DNA of 64,000 nucleotides from an uncultured Bacteroidales bacterium (GTDB lineage: Bacteria > Bacteroidota > Bacteroidia > Bacteroidales > VadinHA17): NCBI GenBank assembly GCA_963825935.1, contig CAWGUN010000013.1, positions 1,012,340-1,076,339 of the forward strand, read 5' to 3'. Below the pieces are notes generated by a model, which ran no database searches, was not told the DNA's origin, and worked only from the letters and a program-made list of their open reading frames with translations. Below are positions 1 to 10,365 of the stretch, piece after piece; within the stretch, counting starts at the first letter, position 1; each line of letters opens with the position of its first letter. A program made the position numbers and the translations under genes.

Positions 1-360
1 GGCAGTTAATAGTTTAGTAAGGAACGGATTAGTCGTCATACCAGATCCCAGTCCGAAAACTGCATTTGTCTGGTCAAATGAAAATGTTATCATACCCTGC
101 ATAAGGTCAAACTGCTCTCCCGTGCTGATTCTGTTACTTGAAAATACAAGTTCAATATTGCCCAGCAGCTGATGTATGTCCATGTTGTAATCATCATAGA
201 CAGAGTTGATATCTGAAAGTGCTATTGTTACAGTATCAGGGAATGTTCCTTTTGGAAATTTGATCGGATTTTTTTCTTTTTTGCATGATGTAAGACTTAA
301 TAATAAAGTCAATATGCTAAAAATCAACCCTAAAACTATGGCTATTGATGATTTTTTCAT
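1..360 (-). CDS. Lipoprotein, N-terminal part (ORF runs off the left edge)
   Basis: ATG at 360-358 on the minus strand; I translated the frame and it stays open to position 1. The N-terminus MKKSSIAIVLGLIFSILTLLLSLTSC is a signal peptide with a lipobox Cys. It is absent from the ORF track because there is no stop codon in the window. Confidence 0.5.
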   Translation of the reverse strand, partial: MKKSSIAIVLGLIFSILTLLLSLTSCKKEKNPIKFPKGTFPDTVTIALSDINSVYDDYNMDIHQLLGNIELVFSSNRISTGEQFDLMQGMITFSFDQTNAVFGLGSGMTTNPFLTKLLTA

Positions 361-702
361 ATCGTGCAATAAATAAGATCTGAACAAAGATATTAATAAA
401 TAGTATTAAATAGTATTAAATGAAAAACCGGGTAGGTGCCCGGTCTTTCTGAGGTAGAATCTAGGTTAATTCTAGGGTAAAATTGGGTATAGGGTAATAA
501 AATGCAATTTTATACTGGTAAGATGAATATTTAACCCCGGAGGTTGCGTGAGAGGATAAAATAATTCCATAAAACTATATAAAAATTTGTATTAACCTGA
601 AAGTTAGGTGTTTAAAAAAATTGCTGATTGTTGATAATTGAATATGCACCTGCAAACCCTTATTAAAATTAGTATTACTTTTGTAGCATAATGATGTGAG
701 CG

Positions 703-2115
703 ATGGAAGAGGAAAAGTTTGGATATTCCTATGAGGAGGAGGTAAAGCAGGCGGTTCAGAAATTCGAGAGGATGAGAAGGAATCATGAGAATTATTTCTT
801 TGATGTCATTGAATTTGAATCAATTATTGATTATTATATTGAAAGCAATAATCCTTCAAAAGCATTTGAAGCTGCAGCATTAGCTACAGAACAGCATCCC
901 AATTCTGTTTCAATTCAATTAAGAAAAGCTAAAGTCCTGCTAGATAAAGGACGCGCGGTTGAAACCCTGAGGATCCTTAAAAAACTTGAGAATATTGAAC
1001 CGGGGAACCACGATATATATATTGCAAAAGGAACGGCACTTGGAATATTGGGCGATATTCAGGGTGCCAGGAAAATGTTTGATTATGCACTTTCTTTAGA
1101 TTCCGATGATATAGAAAATATCCTTTTTGCAATAGTCTCGGTTTTACAGAATCTCAATTATTACGAGCATGTTATACCTTATTTATTGAGATTAATTGAT
1201 AAAGAACCTGAATTCAAAGCCCATCTTTATGATCTGGCATATGCTTATGAGAAAACAGAAGACTATGAAAACAGTATAGCTTATTACCTGAAATATCTTG
1301 AGGAGGAGCCGTTTTCAGACAGTGCCTGGTATAACCTTGGGATAATCTATAATAAACTTGAGCGGTTTGAAAAAGCGATGGAAGCATATGACTATGCTCT
1401 TGCTATAAATTATCAGAACACTTTCGCACTCTTTAATAAAGGGAATATACTCAGTAATCTGGAGCACTTTAATGAAGCCATTCCTGTTTATCATGAATAC
1501 CTTGAGAATGAACCCGAGAGTTTCGAGGCCATGACTTACCTGGCTGAATGCTATGAAAAAACAGGGGAGTTTATTCTTGCAAAAAAATATTACCACGATG
1601 CAATAGAACTGGCTCCGGAATATGCAGAACCGTGGTTCGGACTGGGAGTAATAGAACTGAATTCAGGAAATGCTGAAGACAGTATTATTTTCTTCAGGAA
1701 AGCTGTTCGTCTTGATGATGAAAATCCTGAGTACTGGTACCTCCTTGGAAAAGCACAATATACCAAAGGCGAAATTAAAAGTGCTCTCAGCTGTTTCAGA
1801 GAGGCTCTTAAAATTGATGCTTATTATGATGAAGTATGGTCCGACCTGGGAAGGATCATACAGAAAGAAATGCTTGCATCGAAAGCAATACCATACCTGG
1901 AACATGCATACAAAGTCACAGGCGATGTCCCGGGAATAAACTACCTTCTGGCTTCTTTCTACCTTCAGACGGGCAGCAAGGAAAAGGCTTACAGACATTT
2001 TGAACTTGCGGTTGATATGGACAAAGACCTGTTCACCGATTTTATTGATTTGTTCCCAAAAGAGATTCTTACAAAAAAAATTACCAGGATCCTGGAAAAG
2101 AATGGTCTTCTCTGA
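703..2115 (+). CDS. Tetratricopeptide (TPR) repeat protein
   Basis: 470-aa ORF with repeated 34-aa TPR-like units (AxxxYxxAL...P motifs, e.g. AWYNLGIIYNKLERFEKAMEAYDYALAINYQN). Confidence 0.8.
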   Translation: MEEEKFGYSYEEEVKQAVQKFERMRRNHENYFFDVIEFESIIDYYIESNNPSKAFEAAALATEQHPNSVSIQLRKAKVLLDKGRAVETLRILKKLENIEPGNHDIYIAKGTALGILGDIQGARKMFDYALSLDSDDIENILFAIVSVLQNLNYYEHVIPYLLRLIDKEPEFKAHLYDLAYAYEKTEDYENSIAYYLKYLEEEPFSDSAWYNLGIIYNKLERFEKAMEAYDYALAINYQNTFALFNKGNILSNLEHFNEAIPVYHEYLENEPESFEAMTYLAECYEKTGEFILAKKYYHDAIELAPEYAEPWFGLGVIELNSGNAEDSIIFFRKAVRLDDENPEYWYLLGKAQYTKGEIKSALSCFREALKIDAYYDEVWSDLGRIIQKEMLASKAIPYLEHAYKVTGDVPGINYLLASFYLQTGSKEKAYRHFELAVDMDKDLFTDFIDLFPKEILTKKITRILEKNGLL

Positions 2116-2142
2116 AAGCCTCTTCTCCAAAATATTTTAATT

Positions 2143-2919
2143 ATGACGAAACAAGTTCTTCCTTTTTTACCGGAACGCCCGGCAAAACCGCGGAATTCAG
2201 GGCTTACAATGGTAATGGATAAGGGACTCTCTATCAGAGAAGCTGAAGACTTTATGTCGGTTGGCAGCGAATATACCGATTTCGTAAAGCTGGGATTCGG
2301 GACATCGCTCATAACACCCGGATTTGAGAATAAGATCAGGATTTATAAAAAAGCAGGAGTTGTTCCATATTTCGGAGGTACGCTCTTTGAAGCATTTGTA
2401 ATCAGAAAGATGTTCAATGAGTATATAGAATTCCTTGATAAACACCAGATAGACCTGGTTGAAGTATCTGACGGTTCATACGATATCGAACACTCTAAGA
2501 AACTTGATTATATAAGGACTCTGTCAAAAAGGGGAACAGTAATTTCCGAAGTCGGGTCAAAGAAGAAAGATGTAATTTATACACCTGATGAGTGGGTCGC
2601 TATGATGAAATCCGAGCTGGATGCCGGATCAGTTAAAGTTATTGCAGAAGCCCGCGAATCGGGAACAACAGGCATATATAATGAGGACGGCTCCATTAAT
2701 AATAAAATTATAAGCGCAATCTCGGAACACGTAAAGCTGGAAAATGTTATATGGGAAGCTCCGCTTAAATCACAGCAGGCATGGTTTATAAAACACTTCG
2801 GAGCAAACGTAAACCTGGGGAATATCGCACCAAATGAAATCATTCCGCTGGAGTCCCTTCGTCTTGGTCTGCGCGGAGATACATTCTTTCAGTTTCTTCC
2901 TGATAATCTGAAGGGATAA
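2143..2919 (+). CDS. comA: (2R)-phospho-3-sulfolactate synthase (ComA/YitD family)
   Basis: 258 aa. The N-terminal LPERPAKPRNSGLTMVMDKGL and the VKLGFGTS, VEVSDGS and EVGSK segments match my recollection of the ComA TIM-barrel family. Confidence 0.65.
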   Translation: MTKQVLPFLPERPAKPRNSGLTMVMDKGLSIREAEDFMSVGSEYTDFVKLGFGTSLITPGFENKIRIYKKAGVVPYFGGTLFEAFVIRKMFNEYIEFLDKHQIDLVEVSDGSYDIEHSKKLDYIRTLSKRGTVISEVGSKKKDVIYTPDEWVAMMKSELDAGSVKVIAEARESGTTGIYNEDGSINNKIISAISEHVKLENVIWEAPLKSQQAWFIKHFGANVNLGNIAPNEIIPLESLRLGLRGDTFFQFLPDNLKG

Positions 2920-2951
2920 AATTCATCAGCGTAATATCAAAATTTCTGATT

Positions 2952-3704
2952 ATGAGAAAATTCGGCCTTATTGGCTTTCCTCTCGGGCATTCTTTCTCAA
3001 AAAAATATTTTTCTGAAAAATTTGCGAAAGAAAATATCAGGGATTGTTCCTATGAGAATTTCCCGATTCATGATTTAAACCTTTTTCCGGAATTAATATC
3101 AGGTAATCCTGAACTTTGCGGATTAAATGTGACTATCCCTTATAAGACCGGGATACTTAAATATATCGATACGGCTGAACCTGTTATTGATGAAATAGGT
3201 GCAGTGAACGTATTGAAGATCAAAAGAATAAATGGAAAGACCAGGATCTCAGGTTACAACAGTGATGTGATCGGCATAAGGGATTCGATATTGCCCGTCA
3301 TGAACAGCAGACTGAGAAGCGCCATAGTTCTTGGTACCGGAGGGAGTTCAGGAGCTGTCAGTTATGCATTAAAAAAGCTTGGATTGAAAGTGACCCTTGT
3401 CTCACGAACCAGGAAACCAGGAGTCATTTGTTATGAAGATATCACAGCAGAATTATTGAAAAAGACAGATCTGATAATCAATACAACACCACTTGGATTG
3501 TTTCCAAATACGACTGCCAGGCCTGAAATTGACTACAGCCTGCTGAATAAAAACCATATTCTGTTTGACCTCGTTTATAACCCCGAACTGACTTTATTTC
3601 TTGAAAGTGGGAAGGAGAGAGGGTGTAAAATAATAACCGGGCTGAAAATGCTTTACTCTCAGGCAGACCGTTCGTGGGACATCTGGAATGATGATAAAAT
3701 GTAG
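2952..3704 (+). CDS. aroE: Shikimate 5-dehydrogenase
   Basis: 250 aa. It has the FGLIGFPLGHSFSKKYF N-terminus, NVTIPYK, the GTGGSSGAV dinucleotide loop and NTTPLG. Confidence 0.85.
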   Translation: MRKFGLIGFPLGHSFSKKYFSEKFAKENIRDCSYENFPIHDLNLFPELISGNPELCGLNVTIPYKTGILKYIDTAEPVIDEIGAVNVLKIKRINGKTRISGYNSDVIGIRDSILPVMNSRLRSAIVLGTGGSSGAVSYALKKLGLKVTLVSRTRKPGVICYEDITAELLKKTDLIINTTPLGLFPNTTARPEIDYSLLNKNHILFDLVYNPELTLFLESGKERGCKIITGLKMLYSQADRSWDIWNDDKM

Positions 3705-3723
3705 GTTTTCCTCTTTAACCAGG

Positions 3724-4053
3724 TTATTTTCTTTTTATCCAGTATCTGGGGTCGCACTCTGTACACTCCTGCCTCCAGTAACCCGGAGTAACATATTTAC
3801 CCTCAGGTGTTTTTAGGAGGCACTCATAAACTGCAAATACCGGATTGAATAAAAGATCGGTTACTCCTATGGTATAGGTGGTTTCGGCATCAGGGACGGC
3901 ACCGGGAACCACAATTTCTTTTACCTCAAATTTGTTAAATTCAAGCAGCTGGCGCAAGAAAGCCACACGGTCAAGAGTTACCCCTGTATCAACTATTGTG
4001 CAGCGGACTCCGTCAATTTCACTGACAATATGTTTAGCATTATTAAGTGGCAT
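3724..4053 (-). CDS. Hypothetical 109-aa Cys-containing protein, encoded 13 bp downstream of nuoN
   Basis: Complete ORF on the same strand as, and immediately after, the nuoN stop. The C-terminal part contains CxxC (QECTEC). I do not recognise the family. Confidence 0.5.
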   Translation of the reverse strand: MPLNNAKHIVSEIDGVRCTIVDTGVTLDRVAFLRQLLEFNKFEVKEIVVPGAVPDAETTYTIGVTDLLFNPVFAVYECLLKTPEGKYVTPGYWRQECTECDPRYWIKRK

Positions 4054-4066
4054 AGCATGAATATTT

Positions 4067-5488
4067 TTAAGCTCCGAAACTTATACTTTTTATCACTTCA
4101 AAAATAAAACTGGCAAATCCTGTTGCAAAAATACCAATAACACAAATCATCAGCCCAAACCGGGTCGCAAAGTCGCTTCTGAATTTTTCGACCGGACTCT
4201 CATTTATGTTTATAAACATTGCCTTTACCACAAGCAGGTAGTAATACAATGATATTATGGTGTTCAGAACAGCAATTAAAACAAGAAAATAGAATCCTTT
4301 CTCGGCAGCTGCGGTAAAGAGGAAAAACTTGCCAAAAAAACCTGCGACAGGGGGAATGCCTGCTAATGAAAACAATGCAAGCGTCATGATCAGGCTCAGA
4401 TTAGGATTGGTTTTATATAATCCGTTATAATCATTTATATTTTCTTTACCGGTTGCATTTGAAATTGCTGTGACCACACCGAAGGCACCCAGGTTTGAAA
4501 AGATGTAGACAAGAATGTAATATATTACAGATGCCATTCCCAGTTGATTCCCTCCGATAATGCCAAGCAATATGTATCCTGCCTGAGAAATCGACGAGAA
4601 AGCAAGAAACCTTTTCAGATTCTGTTGGCGTATTGCAAAGAGGTTACCGATGGTCATTGTCAGGATGGAAGTAACGAATATGGTTTTTTGCCAGGTTATC
4701 ATTACTATCGGGAAAACCGTAAAAAGCAGGATAATAAAAATGAAAATTGCAGCACCTTTCGAAATGACCGAAAGATAAGATGTAATATTCACAGGAGCAC
4801 CTTCATAGACATCAGCTGTCCACAGATGGAACGGAACAATTGATATTTTGAATGCCATCCCGGAAAAGAAAAATATGAATGCTAAAATCTGAAGATTGCT
4901 TCCTGCAAAAAGCTTCTGTACCTCAGTGAAATATAATGTTCCTGTCGTACCGTAGATCAATGACAGGCCGTAAAGAAGAATTCCTGATGAAAAAGCAGAT
5001 ATCAGTATGAATTTAATGCCGGCTTCGGCAGATTTATTCTTATATCTTTCAAACGCTGCCAGTGCGGCTATGGGAATGGATGCAAGCTCCAGGCCGAGAT
5101 AAAACATCAGGAAGTGTCCTGCTGAGATCATAAAATTCATCCCGATAAGCGTTGAAATGAGAAGGATGAAATATTCGCTTATTTTTTCTGAATTCTCTTT
5201 TTTATTAAGCCAGCTATATGATTGAATCAAAACAATTAAAACTCCGACATTAAGTACATTCTTCATCAGTATCCTTACAGGTGTTGAAAGGTACATCCCG
5301 CCAAAAATATTTCCCAATGGCATCTTTATGAATCCGATAACAGTTATTAATGCAAAAAGTATTATTGAAAGAAGGCTTATTGAACTCTTTTTCCCGGGAT
5401 TCCTGAAAATCTCAGCAATAAGGACCAGGATTGCAGCAGCAGTCAGCAGCAGTTCATGGCGCATTAATGAAAAATCTTGTAAGCTCAT
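4067..5488 (-). CDS. nuoN: NADH-quinone oxidoreductase subunit N
   Basis: 473-aa polytopic membrane protein of the antiporter-like family, in the last position of the nuo operon. Confidence 0.9.
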   Translation of the reverse strand: MSLQDFSLMRHELLLTAAAILVLIAEIFRNPGKKSSISLLSIILFALITVIGFIKMPLGNIFGGMYLSTPVRILMKNVLNVGVLIVLIQSYSWLNKKENSEKISEYFILLISTLIGMNFMISAGHFLMFYLGLELASIPIAALAAFERYKNKSAEAGIKFILISAFSSGILLYGLSLIYGTTGTLYFTEVQKLFAGSNLQILAFIFFFSGMAFKISIVPFHLWTADVYEGAPVNITSYLSVISKGAAIFIFIILLFTVFPIVMITWQKTIFVTSILTMTIGNLFAIRQQNLKRFLAFSSISQAGYILLGIIGGNQLGMASVIYYILVYIFSNLGAFGVVTAISNATGKENINDYNGLYKTNPNLSLIMTLALFSLAGIPPVAGFFGKFFLFTAAAEKGFYFLVLIAVLNTIISLYYYLLVVKAMFININESPVEKFRSDFATRFGLMICVIGIFATGFASFIFEVIKSISFGA

Positions 5489-5521
5489 ATTATATAGAGG
5501 TGCAAAATAAATTTATAGTTA

Positions 5522-7027
5522 TCAAAATGGATTCAGCGCCAGGATCTTGTCAATAATAGGTTGCATGCTGTAACCTATCATCGACGAAAGAAAGAATGGC
5601 ATAAGTCCGATCACAGCTACGGAACCAATAAGGGTCACAGAAGAAATTTTTTCGTACCACTTAGCATCTGACAGATGCTCATAGTGTTCATTTGTTATGG
5701 GTCCAAGCAACAGAATTGCAATTACTCTGAGTATATAAACAGCCGTTATCACTATCGACGACACTACGACAAGTGTCGCTATCCTGTGGAAAAGATCAGG
5801 ATGCTGGAACGCACCAACAAATATTGTCATCTCAGCAACAAATCCGCTTAATCCCGGCAACCCGATAGATGCAAGCCCGGCAATAACATAACAAACAGAA
5901 AGAAAGGGAATTACCTTCATCAATCCGCCCATTTCATTGATCATTCTTGTGTGAGTCCGGCCATAAAGCATTCCGATCAGGGCAAAGAATAAAGCAGTCA
6001 TTAAACCGTGAGAGATCATCTGGATTATTGCACCGTTCATGGCAGTCTTATTCATCATAAGAAGGGCAAATAGCACCAGACCGCAATGACTTACCGATGA
6101 ATAAGCATTAATATATTTGAGATCTTTCTGCATTATCGCACCAAAGGCACCATAGATCACACTGATTGAAGTAAGAATAATGAATATCCAGGAGAGTTCA
6201 TGAGCAGCCTGGGGCATAAGGAAGATAGCTACTCTGAAAGCGCCATAACCGCCAAGTTTCATAAGTACTCCGGCATGTAGCATTGAAACTGCTGTGGGAG
6301 CAGAGGAGTGACCATCAGGCGACCAGGTATGGAAAGGAAAGAGAGCTCCAAGAACTCCAAATCCCACAAATGTCAGCGGGAAGAAAACACGCTGAGCCGG
6401 CATCGGCATAACATATTTTGAAATCTCCAGTATATTGAATGTCAGCTTATTCCCATCCGGGGCTGAATTGAAGTAGATGCCAAGTATACCAACCAGCAGA
6501 AGAGCCGAAGCTCCCATAAGCATGAGTGTCAGCTTCATGGCTGAATACTCCTTTGGTCCGCTGCCCCATATTCCTATAAGTAAATACATTGGTATTACTG
6601 CAAGTTCATAGAATAAGAACATGGTGAAGAGGTCGATAGAGATGAAAAAGCCGAAAACCCCCGTGGCAAGTAATATAAGCGATATGAAGAATTCTTTAGG
6701 CAGGAAATCAACTTCCCACGAGGCAAAAATCCCGGCAAATACTACCAGCGAGGTCAGAGCAATCATTGCAACTGAGATTCCATCGACACCTACAGCATAA
6801 TGGATATTTAAGCTCGGAAACCAGAGAACATCTCTCACGAATAGCATCTCATTGGTATTACCGGCTCTTCGCTGGAAAAGATAAAGAATAATCAGTGTTG
6901 CCGCCAGTAAGAGCTGAAGCCCCATCCCTGCAACTGAGACAATCCTGACATGCCGGAGATCCTTTACCAATACAATGCCTGTGATGGTCAGGACCGGGAT
7001 AATCACAAAAAAGGTTAAAATATCCAT
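5522..7027 (-). CDS. nuoM: NADH-quinone oxidoreductase subunit M
   Basis: 501-aa antiporter-like membrane subunit. Operon order is L-M-N. Confidence 0.9.
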   Translation of the reverse strand: MDILTFFVIIPVLTITGIVLVKDLRHVRIVSVAGMGLQLLLAATLIILYLFQRRAGNTNEMLFVRDVLWFPSLNIHYAVGVDGISVAMIALTSLVVFAGIFASWEVDFLPKEFFISLILLATGVFGFFISIDLFTMFLFYELAVIPMYLLIGIWGSGPKEYSAMKLTLMLMGASALLLVGILGIYFNSAPDGNKLTFNILEISKYVMPMPAQRVFFPLTFVGFGVLGALFPFHTWSPDGHSSAPTAVSMLHAGVLMKLGGYGAFRVAIFLMPQAAHELSWIFIILTSISVIYGAFGAIMQKDLKYINAYSSVSHCGLVLFALLMMNKTAMNGAIIQMISHGLMTALFFALIGMLYGRTHTRMINEMGGLMKVIPFLSVCYVIAGLASIGLPGLSGFVAEMTIFVGAFQHPDLFHRIATLVVVSSIVITAVYILRVIAILLLGPITNEHYEHLSDAKWYEKISSVTLIGSVAVIGLMPFFLSSMIGYSMQPIIDKILALNPF

Positions 7028-7053
7028 ATAGTACTCTTTATCTTATTTACTCT

Positions 7054-8973
7054 TTAACGCCACAGGTAAATGAATAAAACAGCAAGCAATATCGCTCCCG
7101 AAATAAAGGCAAAAGCATATTTCTGCAACTGACCGGACTGAAATTTCCGGATCCTGAATGATACTATCTGGGTCACCGATGCAATTGAGTTCATCGTCCC
7201 GTCAACTATATGCCGGTCGAACCATGCGACAGGTGCTGCTATATACCTGAAAATGATCTTCTTTGTAACAAAAAGATATAATTCATCCATATAAAACTTA
7301 TTGTATGCCCATTTATAGCTGTGCTTAAATGTTGCAGCCAGTTTTTCAGGGATAGCGGTTTCCTTTCCGTACATTATATATGCGGTAAATATTCCAAGTA
7401 AACCAATAAGTACTGAGGGAATTGCGACAACCAGTTCAAGTCCGGATTCAAAAACCTTACCGTCGGAGGTAACCAGCTTACTGAAAGGAATAAATCCGGA
7501 AAATACCGACCCAAGTGCAAGAATTATTAATGGTATTGTCATTGTTGCAGGAGCCTCATGCGGTGTTTGATGGTAATGAGTTTCTTTTCCCCAGAAAATA
7601 CTGAAATATATTCTGAACATATAAAATGCAGTCAGACCCGCTACAGCGTACTCTACACCAAATAATATCTTATTGCTATGAAATGCGGCGGCAAGAATTT
7701 CATCTTTGCTGAAGAACCCGGAAAGAGGAGGTATTCCGGCAATAGTCAGGCAGGCTACAAGAAATGTAATATGGGTAATTGGAAGATATTTGCGCAATCC
7801 TCCCATATCGGTCATAAAGTTGCTGTGCACAGCGTGAATTATAGCTCCTGCTCCGAGGAAAAGCAGGGCCTTAAACATTGCATGAGTGAAAAGATGGAAC
7901 ATCGATGCCATATAACCCAGCCCTTCATGTCCTCCATACCCTGAAACACCCAGAGCAAGAAGCATATAGCCGATCTGGGAAATTGTAGAGTAGGCGAGTA
8001 CCCTCTTTATGTCAGTCTGGGTACATGCTATTATTGCTGCAAAAAGCGATGAAAAAGCTCCAACATATGCAACTATCTTGAGTGCCACGGGAGCTGAAAA
8101 TGCATAAATGGGAAACATTCTTGCAACAAGATAAACACCGGCAACAACCATTGTAGCTGCATGGATAAGGGCTGAAACCGGTGTCGGACCCTCCATTGCA
8201 TCAGGGAGCCATATATGAAACGGGAACATGGCTGACTTGCCAATTCCACCCATAAATACAAAGATCATCGACCAGGTCATAACTGACAGGCCCAGGAAAG
8301 CTATTCCGCCACCCTGGGCAATTGCTGGTCCATTCGGATCAGTAAGAGTGATAAAATCAAAAGTCTTTGTGTTGAAAGATAAAATGAGAATTCCGATGAG
8401 AAATCCCAGGTCAGCAAACCGCGTAACAATAAATGCTTTTTTGGAAGCTGCGACTGCTGATGGCTTCTGATAATAAAATCCTATCAGAAGATATGAGGAT
8501 ATTCCAACAAGCTCCCAGAATATATACATCTGGAAAATATTGGTAGCTACAACCAGTCCGAGCATCGAGAATGTAAAGAGTGAAAGGAATGCATAAAACC
8601 TCTCAAATCCTTTTTCCCCTTTCATATATCCCAGGCTGTAAATATGTACCATAAATGATACAGTGGTGACTACTACCAGCATCATTACTGAAATAGGATC
8701 AAGAAGTACTCCCAGGTCTATATGCAGCTTATCGGTAAACTGAAGCCAGGTGACATTGAATGCTGTAATTGCCTTATACGTTTCGTCGACCCTGGGTATG
8801 CCGAAAAAATAGTAATAAGCTGTAATATATGACAATAATGTAATTACAGCCAGTCCTGCAGTTCCGAGCAAACCCGACAACTTTGGTTTCAGCTTATGAC
8901 CTCCAAGTCCCAGGAGGATGAACATCAGGAACGGGATCAGTGGTATCCAGACGGTATATGCAAAATTTATCAT
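7054..8973 (-). CDS. nuoL: NADH-quinone oxidoreductase subunit L
   Basis: 639 aa, the longest antiporter-like subunit, with a C-terminal extension. Confidence 0.9.
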   Translation of the reverse strand: MINFAYTVWIPLIPFLMFILLGLGGHKLKPKLSGLLGTAGLAVITLLSYITAYYYFFGIPRVDETYKAITAFNVTWLQFTDKLHIDLGVLLDPISVMMLVVVTTVSFMVHIYSLGYMKGEKGFERFYAFLSLFTFSMLGLVVATNIFQMYIFWELVGISSYLLIGFYYQKPSAVAASKKAFIVTRFADLGFLIGILILSFNTKTFDFITLTDPNGPAIAQGGGIAFLGLSVMTWSMIFVFMGGIGKSAMFPFHIWLPDAMEGPTPVSALIHAATMVVAGVYLVARMFPIYAFSAPVALKIVAYVGAFSSLFAAIIACTQTDIKRVLAYSTISQIGYMLLALGVSGYGGHEGLGYMASMFHLFTHAMFKALLFLGAGAIIHAVHSNFMTDMGGLRKYLPITHITFLVACLTIAGIPPLSGFFSKDEILAAAFHSNKILFGVEYAVAGLTAFYMFRIYFSIFWGKETHYHQTPHEAPATMTIPLIILALGSVFSGFIPFSKLVTSDGKVFESGLELVVAIPSVLIGLLGIFTAYIMYGKETAIPEKLAATFKHSYKWAYNKFYMDELYLFVTKKIIFRYIAAPVAWFDRHIVDGTMNSIASVTQIVSFRIRKFQSGQLQKYAFAFISGAILLAVLFIYLWR

Positions 8974-8998
8974 AATGATCGTTTCCTATGAATTATAA

Positions 8999-9316
8999 TC
9001 AGTATTTCATTTCATCGACATCTTCAACATTGATTGTTGTGAAGCGTCTGTATATATTAATTATTATGGCTATTGCCACAGCTGCTTCAGCTGCTGCAAC
9101 GGCAATGACGAACAGTGCAAAAAATAAGCCGTCAAGCTTATGCGGGAAGAGATACCTGTTAAATGCCAGAAAATTGATGTTTACGGAATTCAATATCAGT
9201 TCAACCGACATTAGAATTGTAATCAGGTTCCTGCGCGTAAGAAAGCCATAAACCCCGACAAAGAACATTATCGCTGCCAGAACCAGAAAGAATTGTAATG
9301 GAATACCTGTATTCAT
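8999..9316 (-). CDS. nuoK: NADH-quinone oxidoreductase subunit K
   Basis: 105-aa protein with 3 TM helices, positioned between nuoJ and nuoL. Confidence 0.9.
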   Translation of the reverse strand: MNTGIPLQFFLVLAAIMFFVGVYGFLTRRNLITILMSVELILNSVNINFLAFNRYLFPHKLDGLFFALFVIAVAAAEAAVAIAIIINIYRRFTTINVEDVDEMKY

Positions 9317-9320
9317 CTTG

Positions 9321-9863
9321 TTACTGTTTTAAAGATTGAGATTCAGTTTTAGCCGGTCCTCCTTTTTTAGCAATAACGATTGCCCCAACCATTGCCGCAA
9401 TAAGCAAAATAGAAATCACTTCAAAAGGCAGAACAAAACCATCATACCCGACCGAGAGAAGGCTTTTACCGATCATCTGCATGTTTACCTCCTTTGCAGC
9501 TTCTGCCGTAGCTGAAAACTGGAAATCAAGTATTGTAATTATTGTCAGGAGCGCCGCCGAAATAGCCGCAAGAGCTGAAAAAAGCGATTTTTTCCAGCCA
9601 ACAGACTCGAATTTCTGGTTTATGTGACTCGTTAGAAGTATGGAGAATATTATGAGCACAACGATTCCTCCCGCATACAGGGTAAGCTGAACCGCTGCCA
9701 GGAACTGATAATTCAGCATGAAATAGAGTCCTGAAGTCGATACAAGTACGAACAGAAGGTACACGGCTGATCTCAGGATCTTACGGCTTGTAACAGTAAG
9801 TATAGCGAAGACAATTATAACGGTAGAAAACAGAACAAACATCAGCTGATTGGCACTCATCAT
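9321..9863 (-). CDS. nuoJ: NADH-quinone oxidoreductase subunit J
   Basis: 180-aa membrane protein; assignment from operon position. Confidence 0.85.
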   Translation of the reverse strand: MMSANQLMFVLFSTVIIVFAILTVTSRKILRSAVYLLFVLVSTSGLYFMLNYQFLAAVQLTLYAGGIVVLIIFSILLTSHINQKFESVGWKKSLFSALAAISAALLTIITILDFQFSATAEAAKEVNMQMIGKSLLSVGYDGFVLPFEVISILLIAAMVGAIVIAKKGGPAKTESQSLKQ

Positions 9864-10339
9864 TCAACTCCTTTCATTAATTGTGACCCGGGTTTATTCA
9901 ATACTTTTATCAGAAGGGCTCTGTTAAAAACAGCATGCTCAAACTCCTGCGAGAATGCCAGTGCATTTGAAGGACAGCTTTTTACGCAAAGCGCACAGAA
10001 TGTGCACATGCCGAGACGGTAAATATGTTTGTCGATTGCTCTTTTCTTTTTCCCGTCTTCAGTGGCTATTGTTTTGGAAATGACCTCTATTGTTCCGTTT
10101 GGACAATTTATTTCACAAATTCCGCATCCCGTGCATTTATGCTCGTTTTTTTCATTATGAGGCATCACAACTTCACCTTTAAACCTCTCCTTCATGACAA
10201 GAGTCTTCCTGTTATTCGGATATTTCTCGGTTACAATCTCACCCGGACTGAAAAAATATTTTCCGGTGACCCTCAGACCTTTTAACAGTGACCAGACTCC
10301 GTCAATAACTTCTTTAAAATAATTAATAATGCTCCTCAT
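9860..10339 (-). CDS. nuoI: NADH-quinone oxidoreductase subunit I (2x[4Fe-4S])
   Basis: Two ferredoxin motifs, CTGCGICEINCP and CTFCALCVKSCP. The track ORF extends to 10540 but overlaps nuoH, so I chose the start at MRSIINYF (10339). Confidence 0.85.
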   Translation of the reverse strand: MRSIINYFKEVIDGVWSLLKGLRVTGKYFFSPGEIVTEKYPNNRKTLVMKERFKGEVVMPHNEKNEHKCTGCGICEINCPNGTIEVISKTIATEDGKKKRAIDKHIYRLGMCTFCALCVKSCPSNALAFSQEFEHAVFNRALLIKVLNKPGSQLMKGVE

Positions 10340-10365
10340 AAAGAGATATATATTAAAAGTATATT

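Noticed and set aside
425-452. Hairpin ACCGGG-taggtg-CCCGGT flanked by an A-run and a T-rich tail. An 11-bp tandem duplication (tagtattaaa x2) lies at 402-421, in the divergent spacer before the TPR gene.
   Set aside because: The stem is short (6 bp), and no convergent gene end is present to terminate. The evidence is insufficient for an sRNA or terminator call.
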